Shown piece by piece: positions 35,899 to 45,600 of a stretch of DNA of 64,000 nt. Position 1 is the stretch's first letter; every line of letters starts with the position of its first letter. Under the pieces are notes generated by a model, which worked only from the letters and a program-made list of their open reading frames with translations, ran no database searches and was not told where the DNA came from. A program made the translations under genes and the position numbers. Source of the stretch: Escherichia phage E20; the sequence record OP745616. The stretch is one strand, 5' to 3'.

Positions 35899-36177
35899 AT
35901 GACGCAAGTATCTATTACCTCTGTTGTTCGTGAAGCCATTCTCAACAATACAGTCCGTACTTATTCATTCGATGAAATCGCAGAGAAGCTGGGAGTAACC
36001 CGTTACGTAGCTAAGAAACTTTACTTCTCTTTCCTGTGGTTCCCTACGGAAGAAACATTACAGAAGATAAAAGAGACTGGTAAATTACCTAGTGAAGGGC
36101 GTAAGTCTAAAATGTGGGAAACATATGACAAAATCATTAGCAGCACATCAAGTACGGGTACTAGTAGAAAGAGATAA
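35899..36177 (+). CDS. Hypothetical protein (92 aa)
   Basis: ORF. Confidence 0.45.
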   Translation: MTQVSITSVVREAILNNTVRTYSFDEIAEKLGVTRYVAKKLYFSFLWFPTEETLQKIKETGKLPSEGRKSKMWETYDKIISSTSSTGTSRKR

Positions 36178-36335
36178 TCTCAAAGAGAAGTATGAAGCTT
36201 TGGGTACTTTCTTACTCAGTCACAAGTCCCGTGAAATTGAGCCAGAAGATAAGTACCTACTTGGTTTACAGCATCAAGCTATGGGTTCTTATTTGTATGT
36301 TCTTAATAAGCGAATTGAAAGATTCTAGGAGCAGT

Positions 36336-36629
36336 ATGGAACTCTTTAAGAAAGGGCAGCTTATACCAAAGCGTATCGGTGGATTGCATGTCCATCGTAA
36401 AGCAAGACACCGTTTAGTCTTTGGTTGTGATGTACAAATTGATGGTAATAATTGGATTGCCATACCTGATACTGGTAACACAATGATTCACTGCAAGAAG
36501 TTAGGTATTCGTAGAAACAATGGTACTTATCAAAGTGTACATGCTGATTTTGTAGATATTCATTTTGAAGCTAACAAAATTGATTATGTAATCAAGACTG
36601 AACGAAAAATTCTTGTAGTTAAGAAATAA
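36336..36629 (+). CDS. Hypothetical protein (97 aa from ATG 36336; ORF track 36192)
   Basis: Last plus-strand ORF before convergent junction. Confidence 0.4.
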   Translation: MELFKKGQLIPKRIGGLHVHRKARHRLVFGCDVQIDGNNWIAIPDTGNTMIHCKKLGIRRNNGTYQSVHADFVDIHFEANKIDYVIKTERKILVVKK

Positions 36630-36635
36630 ATTAGA

Positions 36636-36666
36636 AGCCCCTCCTTTGAGGGGCTTTTTTATTTTA
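36636..36666. terminator. Bidirectional terminator at the convergent junction of plus-strand genes and minus-strand late genes
   Basis: AGCCCCTC-CTTT-GAGGGGCT flanked by A-rich upstream and TTTTTTATTTT downstream; overlaps vRNAP stop. Confidence 0.7.
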
Positions 36667-39600
36667 GTTTACTAAGTTCATCCAAGGGTTCAGGTTGTGA
36701 GCACGAAGACCCTGACCAAAGCCCCAAGAGTAATCCAGACTACCCTTAGCAGCAATACTAAAGATGTTGTCCTGAATAGGTAAGCCAACGTTACCAAACA
36801 TGGTAGGGGTTGGAGCCAGCATCGCCATTGCTGCATGAACCGGGTTGTTACGAATCATGGACACTGCAACCTTAGCTGAACGAATCTTAAAGTTGTAGAA
36901 CCACATCAAACCAACACTTTCCATATACCCACGGAAGCGACCTGGTAAACGGTCATAGTTAACGAACTCTTCCGTTACACGTCCCAGTGCTTCTTCACGA
37001 GTCTTACCTTTACGCTGAGTCAGTTCATCATAGATGATTGCTTTAGCGATGAAGTCGGAGTACTCAACAGTCTTCTGGATACCCTGGAACAAAGCAGTAT
37101 CCTTAGTGATAAGTGCATAACGACCAGCAGTACGTACAGACTTAGGTAATTTATCAGCCAGCTTTTCCATGTATTCGTGAAGTTTGCCCTCAGTAATCAA
37201 GATGTCATCACGACCAATACCAGCATCTGCAATTGAAGAGAACTCACCTGCTTCTAACAGAGGCCAGATACTCATACGCTTATGGCTATCAGTAATAGAC
37301 TGAATTTCAGCCTTAAGTTTACGAATCTGGTTCGGGTTAGTAGCTGCACGTAATTCTGCTTCTGCATCTACCTGACGCAGACGAGATTTAAGATACTGGT
37401 TAATCTCAGCAGTTTTCTGTGGAATGCTCTTAGCAATATTCTTAACAGGTACACCACGAGCAACCATCTGGTAAAGGTTAGCCAAGAAGTTAACAGCAGG
37501 TACGACTACTGACTTAACTACAATCAGCGTCTTAGCTTCTTTAACTAAGTTTTGAACCAGGTTCTCACCACCCATTGTGTACTTATAAGCACGGTTGCCA
37601 AATACACCCAGCATAGCTTTCTTGAAGGTATCCAATGTTTCCGGGGACCAACGAGAATTACCTGACCAGGCATCTCCAACGGAAGCTGCACGATAACCTA
37701 GTGCATCATTCAGCATGTCACGACGTACCCACAGTTCACCTTCACCGAACAAACTCTCTGCTTTCTGGCGTGTTTCACTATTCATCAGCTTAAGAGCATC
37801 AGCAGTTACTGGGTCCAGTTTAGAACCAAGAAGGTTAACGTACTGGGACTTATTAGCAGAAGACATCTTAATGTCATTCTCATACATGCTATGCAGGTTC
37901 TCAATCAGCATATCGTTGAAACGCTGAGCCTTAGCTTCTTCCACCTGACGACCACGCCATACACCTATTGCACGGGCAAGATGGTTTTCACCTTCAATGT
38001 GTTTCAGCATGTTAGGGTCAATGGATTGTTCATAGGCAACCACATTACCTTTATCGTCATATACAGGCATCAGTGGTTCATTACCACGTTCCCCACGAGC
38101 CAATGCTTTAGTGATACGGTCTACGGAAGGCTTGTCAGTAATACGACCAGCTACCATGGAACCCATCGTAAAACCTGTGCCGATGTCTACACCACCAGCA
38201 GTATTGCGAACGTTTTGTAGGATACCCTGTGAGAAAGGAGCTTGTGCCTGTACCGGTGCAAAATAGTAGCTACGTGCTGGACCACGATTAGCGGAGCTAC
38301 CTTGATAAGTACCCAGACGTACATAGGACTTCTCAATCAAATCACCAAACTGACTATCTTCAGCAACAATCAGATTAACACCTTGTTTAGTCTCACTCGG
38401 GATATGTCCTTTGTACTGGTTCAAGGTTGCACGCATATCAGATTTGGCTTTAGCCATTTCATCTTTACGCTGACCAACCAGGTAAGAAGTAGCAAAATCC
38501 ATTCCATCAACTTCTGATTGAGCCAGTGAAGATAACATCTCACGGTCGGACTTGTTCATTGCTTCCAGTGCATACAGGGTAATCAGCTTATCCAGTTGAG
38601 CTACATCTACAGTAGAACGAGCAGCCTGACGTTCGCCCAGCATACGGGAGATTGCAGTAGCATTACGCAGCAGGTTATTACCGACTGTACCGTTAATCAT
38701 GAACTGAGCCAGTTGCTTAGATTTACGACTAATCAGAGGCCAGTTACGGCCTGCTTGTTTCTGTAAATCTGCTTCCAGCTTATTCACTTCACGGTCAACA
38801 ATCTTCTGGTCAGACAGCAAGTCACGGATTTCAGCCAGAGACATGGTGTCACGCAGAACAGCCAAATCAGTTTTACCCATACCAGTGTGCATTGCTTTCC
38901 ACTCATCGTTAGTCAGCTTACGGCTGAACTTAGATGCGATAGTGGTAGGCAGATGTTCACGGAACTGCTGACGATCTGCCTGCACCTGTGCACGCACTGC
39001 TTTAATCAAATCGTATACAGAAGCATTACTCTTAGTACGACCAGTTAAGTCATTAACCAGGTCATGGAAAGGTTGCCATACCTTACCCTGGTTCATTGCA
39101 GCCATAACACCTTCAGCTACGATTGCACCATTCTTCTCTGTAGCAATAGCAGCTATCAGTTGTGCAGCATGAGCAGCACCTTTGACCAATGGATTCTTGG
39201 TATTAGCTGCAACTTCACGAGCACTTTCTAAAGCACGGGTAGACAGTGCATCAATAGAATCCACCAGATACTGGTTAGAACGGTCAATAGCATTACCACT
39301 AGGAGTAGCAACAGAATCATATAATGACTGTGCATTGAGGCTAGTCTGCATGATTGTTTGAGCCAGTGCATCCATACCTTCCTGTACGTTGGTAGCTTTA
39401 GTGTCACCTGCTACACGGGCATTCAAGCTAGACATTGCAGCAGTACCGATGTTAGTCAGCATTGCATCAATGGTATTCCCAGATTTCTTATCTGCTTTCA
39501 TAACAGGAATGTTAGCCAGTACGTTACGTACTTCTTCGCTTACCATTGCCAGACCAACAAAGGTAGGCAGTAAGGAAGAACGACCCTGTGCGTCAAACTC

Positions 39601-42600
39601 AATATTGTTAGCACCCATGATGGTATCGAACTTCTGCTGAGCATAGTAACGGTCAGCTGGGTTAGTGCTATCCGGGTCAGCCATGAATGCTTCAACTGTC
39701 AGGTTCTTAGTAACGTGTGCATAGTATTCCTGTGCCCGAGAAAGAGCAGCCGGACTAATAGCAGCTTCAATAGCCAAAGCAGCAACGATATTAGTGAACA
39801 GGCGTTGTTCCTGCATATTCATAGTAAAGCCATGAGCCTGAACATCACGGGTTACTTTAGTTGCATTCACTACTGCATCAGAGAACTTACCTTTACGAAT
39901 TACTTGCTGTACTGGTTCAGAACCAATGTAGTTAGTAATCAGTTTGTCAAAAGTCTGTCCCAACTCTTCCAGACGGATATTGTCACCATACGCCTTGTTA
40001 TGGAACAAGGTAGTGTCTTTGGATACAGCAGCCGTAGGAGCCTGTCCACGCATAACTACAGAAGAGTTAAACAGCAAGCCGGAGAACATATCATCTGCAT
40101 TAGCAGGTGCTTTCTTACGACCAAATACCAGACGCTTGATTGCCTCATACACAGACTGAACCATAGTTTTCAATGCAGTGGTTTTCTTCTGCTTACCAAT
40201 CAGTTCACGGTTGGTTAAACCCCAAGCCATATACTCATTCAGTGCAGCAGCTTTAGCCATTGCAGGTTCAATAAAGCCATTAGACAAGTGACCGTTAATG
40301 GTATTGAGAGCATCAGCATATGCTTCACGTACTGCCGGGGATTCATTCTTAACATCCAGAGTACGGAACTGGTTCATCAGGTCTTCAATATTCTGAACTG
40401 CTTCATTAGGAGTACCCTCATAGTGAGCCAGTACAGATTCAAAAGTAGAAGCATGTACTAATTCATGAACCAGAGTCTCTAAGGAAGGGGTAACTAAGTA
40501 GATGGTCTTATCATCAAAGTTAGTCCAGCCATATGCATTACCAGCTTCGGCAGCTTCAATATCTTCTGGTGCTGGGCGAGTAATGTTCTTCTCAATAGCA
40601 TAAGCATCCAGTTGAGCAGGAGTACCGTAAACAACCTTGTAGTCTTTAGCAGCAAGGGATTTCTGTACTTCTTTCAATACTGCTTGCTGTTCAGGAGACA
40701 TCTCTTTAGCCAGCCTAGTGATAGCAGTATTGGACAGCATACGTACACCAGACTTCAGTACACGACCAACCTGTTCCATTGCTGGTACTTCTTTAACAGG
40801 TACTTCTTTCACTGGTTCTGCTTTAGCAGCACGTACTGCATCGCGACGCTTGTTTAATTCAGCATCAAACAGTTCGTTCAGCTTAGCTACTTGCTGGTCT
40901 ACAGTCAGACCTTCCAGAGAGATTTTACCGTTGTTCACATAAGGAGCACCCACAGCAGCCATCTGATCAACAGTGGTCTGTACCTGGTTCATTACTTTGT
41001 GGCGAATATCTACACCCAGAGCAATGTTACGCAGGTTACGTTCAATAAGGTTAACACCGGAATTCTTAATCATATCAATCTTATACTGCCTGTCTCCCTC
41101 AACACGACTGATATGAGAAAGCTGTTCAAAATCCAAAGCAGAACGGGCAATGTCATCAATTGTCTTATCCGACAACTTATTAAAGTCTACGTTCTTCATG
41201 AACTTAGAGAAGGAGTCATAAACATTCTTGATAGGATTACCCTGCCAAGAAGTATATACAGCCTCATTAGCTTTACGGCTTGCATCAGTGATGTCATTGA
41301 TACCAATGTTCATACCATCAAAGATTTTCAGGGTATTCTTCGGTGCACCTTTCATAGTAGAAAGGGTCTGCATCATCATGCCATCACCAGTACCAATGGT
41401 CATAAATGGAATACCTGCAACACCTGCTTGTGAAGGAGCATAGACGCTCATTGGCACACGCATACGGTCATCTAAGTTGGTAGCCAGTACTTGGTTAGCA
41501 ACATCAGTATTCTCACTACCAGCAATGTAGAAAGTTTGTGAGCCAGTCTCAATCATTGGAGCCAGTGGAGATAATGATTCCTGGATTTCATTAAGTTCTT
41601 TCTGCGTTAAGAAATCGCCCTTCTTCCAGGTTGGGTCTTTTTCTTTTTCTGCTAGTTTAGCCTGTACTGCTTGTTGGAACATATCCTGCAATACTAAAGA
41701 CTGAATTTGAGTAGCCTTCTGCAAGTTCTCAGTGGAGTGCATCAGACCTTCACCAACAGTGAACCGGATACTTTGTCTCATTGGTTCAACGAAGAAGTGC
41801 AACATATTCTCTTGTAAGTTCTTAAGGGCATCACCAGATACAGTAAACTCCTGGGGATCTAACTCACCAGTCAGAGCACCATCTACCTCCTTAATAAATA
41901 ACTTACCTTTACGCTTGGCTGGAATTTTACCAGTCAGTGCTTCCATAGAAGTAAGGAAAGTATCCAGCATAGCCTGAGCATCCGCTTCAGACGCAGCCTC
42001 CTTACCAAACATTGCCATAGCTGGGGAAATGCTAGGGTCAGCAGCACGTGCTTGCAGAACGTCACTGAGGCGTTCATAGATGGTATCAGTAATTGCACTA
42101 ACCATCTTGCCAGCAATACCACGAGCACCAGAACCATAGATGGTAATGGTCAGTGGGTTTTTAGCTATACCACGTTTCAGGTCCAGAGTACCGTCTTCAT
42201 TCAGGTTAAAGTCTTTAATGAACAGGTCCATTAACTTCTGGAGATGATTCATCTGGCTCATAATCGGAACGTTGTTACGGTAAGCACTACGTAATTCATT
42301 TAGATAGAATTGCAAACTATTGGTAGATGCTTCATATAAGTCAATGCTGTCATCATATGAATGATGTTCATTCATAGTCTTACCGGCTTTACCGAAGAAC
42401 AAGCCACCCTTAGCAGTATTCTTAATCCAATTTTGGGTGAACTTACCACCAGTCATTAATACCATTGCGTTGATTGGGCCGTTGGTTACACCATCAGCTT
42501 CGACATACAGTGGGGTATTAAAGTTGGCACGGTCATCGCTGTTCAGGTAACGGGCATATTCCATCAGAGCCATGAGAGCTACAAAGGATTTGTTATCACC

Positions 42601-45600
42601 CAGGGAGGACTTCAGAATATCTACTGCATCTGTGGGTAAGTAACCAGACTTATTAAATTCAACCATCATATCAACAGCAGGCTTCAGATTGCCTTCCAGA
42701 GCTTTGGTCAGATTTTCAGACATAGCTTCACGGGACATTTTATGTACCTTAATGCCTAATGCCTGAGCCAGTCCCAGCTGGAAGTCAGAGAACGCTTGGC
42801 TATTTTCATTACTCAGGTCAATAGTAGAGAAGGTTGGCAGAATTGCTTCACGAACCAGCTTACTGGATTGTGGGTTGTTCTTACCAAGCATCTGCATACG
42901 ACCTACTCGGGTCATGTTATAGCCATAGTGAATGGGGGTATCCAAACCATTCTCTTGTTCTTTTAGCTGATTAATTAAACCGAACAAGGAATCATATGCC
43001 ATAGATACTGATAAGTTCTTACCTTCCAGTGATTTGGCATTGTTCTTATTCAGCAAATCGGGATTAAGAGTACCAGCACCCATTAGTTCCAGAATGCTGT
43101 CTCGACCCAATGCTTCATAGAAGTTAACCATCGGCATGTGTACACGGAACTCAGTAGCCTGTTCAGCTTTCAGTGCAGCTTTCTGTTCGGGGGTATTCTT
43201 AACAGCAGGATTACGTAACTGAGTTTGGGCCACGGAAGGAATGTCGTCACCAAAGTACATTTTCTCTTCCGGATTTACCAACACAGCTTCTTCAATTGCT
43301 GTAGGGAAATTATTAATAGGGTCTTTATCAGCCAACTTATTAATAGTGTACAGACCAATAGTCTTATTAGAGTCCGGGTCAATCTCAGACACATCCAGCA
43401 TAGTCTCTGTAACTGCACCCATCTCAATGAGGGAAGACAGAATCTCTGTAGCCATTGCCACTGGAATGCCTTTTGTATAACCCAGTGGTGCATTAGGGTT
43501 ACGATTCAAACCCCAATAAGATTCAATCTTCTGAGCCAGTGAGCTAGTAGCTTCGACCAGGGTCTGGGCATTCTCAAATTCAGCCAGAATACTTTCTGGT
43601 AACAAGGATGCTTCTACTCCAGTAATGGCAGCTACGTCTTTTATGTCTTTAATGGCAGCATTCTGTGCAGCAGTCAGTCGCCATTGCAGACCAGCAAGCA
43701 CGGCAGTCTCTAACAACTGGTCATTGAACTTAAAGGTATCACCATCTTTTTCAACGATATTCAGCAGTTTGCCACCTACCCAACGGTTAGCTTCAGTACC
43801 TTCTGCAAAACGTTTACCAACGTTCTTATTAGCAAGGAACTTAGCCAGTCGTTCAGACAGAGTAGTCTTCAGTGTTTCCCCAAAGTCCATCAAATCTTGG
43901 TAACGTTCTAACACATCACCCGTGAGAGCGTTATTTTCTTTTTGAGTGAATGCTTCAAAGCGAGCAGCAGAAGACAGTGCTTGCTTAATATCAGCTAAAG
44001 GAGATTCAGAACCAATGGTACGGGACTTGGGTTCTTCTGGCAGGGTAAATGCTTTCAGGAACTGGTTCGGTGTCTTTTCATTGTTATAGACAGGGAACAC
44101 TGTTTCCATCTCAGAAAGAGGTTTGCCACCTACTGTATAATCTGCTTTTAGCTGAGCCAGCGATACTTCATCTTTCTCCACGTTGTTAGTGTTACGGCCA
44201 GAGGTATCTACACCAACCAGAATCTGTGCATTATTGGCTTCAACGAAAGATTGAACAGTATTGAATTGTTCAGCGGTCAGCTTTTGATTATCAAACAGTT
44301 GTAGGGACACAAACGGTTGTTCACTGCCTTTATAGAAAGTAGAGCGAATAGAACCAGTATCCAAAGACATATCACGATAGCCATCATGCCCAAATACGTC
44401 AGACAGGCTGATATGGTCGCCATTAGAACCAACCACAGTACCATCAGCAAACAACCACGGACTCTCTCTACGGTCACCACTCTTATTAAGAGTTTCCTGT
44501 GAAATGGTATTTTCTTTCACATAAGCATCTCTTTCAGATTCAGTAGGTTGCTCAATGGTATCCTCATTAGTGAGGGTAGCATCTACTGTTTCAGGCTTAG
44601 TAGTAGAAACTTCTTCTGTTTTTGGGCTAGTCTCCTTAGTAGGAGCAGTCTTATTTTCTACCACTGGTTTAGCTTTAGGCTGTACAGTAGTAGTGTCCTC
44701 TTGCACTGGTGCAGGAGTTTCATCAACCTGATTCACTGGTTCATTAGTCTGTTGAGACTGAGTGGCATCAAGACCACCTTGACGGAACTCTTTAACTACC
44801 TGGGCAGCAGGCTTGTTCAGACGTGAATCCAACGAGGTAACTTTCACATGAGAAACATTAAGCTCCGGGTAAGCCGTAGCAAGTGCATTAGCAATATCAG
44901 CTACGGTCTTGGCTTCCAGTCCTACTTGCTGGGCAAACTTAACAGACTTGGTATCATACGGATTGACACCGAGGCCAGTACGACTACGTACCCATTCACG
45001 GGAAGGCGAGAGAGCCTGATAATGAACAGACTTATTCTTATCCGCATTCCCCGAAATCAGATGCTCATTCAACGCTCCGACCTTATTCTGCATGTGCTGG
45101 GCGAACTTCATAAAGTCGCTCAGATAAGCGGAGGCCAAATCGAAGTTACCAGAGTTATACGCAGAACGAATGCGTTTCGCATGTTGCAACGCAGAGTACT
45201 GTCCTTCATTAGAACGAGACTCATCGGTTTTAATCTGTTTACTAACAATGTCTTGAGGACGTAAGCCTAGTTCTTCTGCTTTAGCGTCGAACTCACGTGC
45301 ACCCTGTAACAAGGCAGCAGCAGATTGCAGGGCAGCACGTTGACGATTCCCTAATGTAATCTTACCTTCACTCGCATGTTTCAGAATCATGTTAACTGAA
45401 TCTGCATCCAGTACTTCTGGAGACACATCAGCAGCCATAGCAATATTGTTTGCTTGGGCTTGATTAGCTTCTTCAGTAGCTTTCAGCTTACCTGCTTCAG
45501 CCTGTTCCTGAATCATGGAATGGATGGCACGGAATGCACGAAGTACTTTAGGGGTATTCTGTACGTTAGCCATCAGGCCAGAGAACTGGTCTACGATTGC

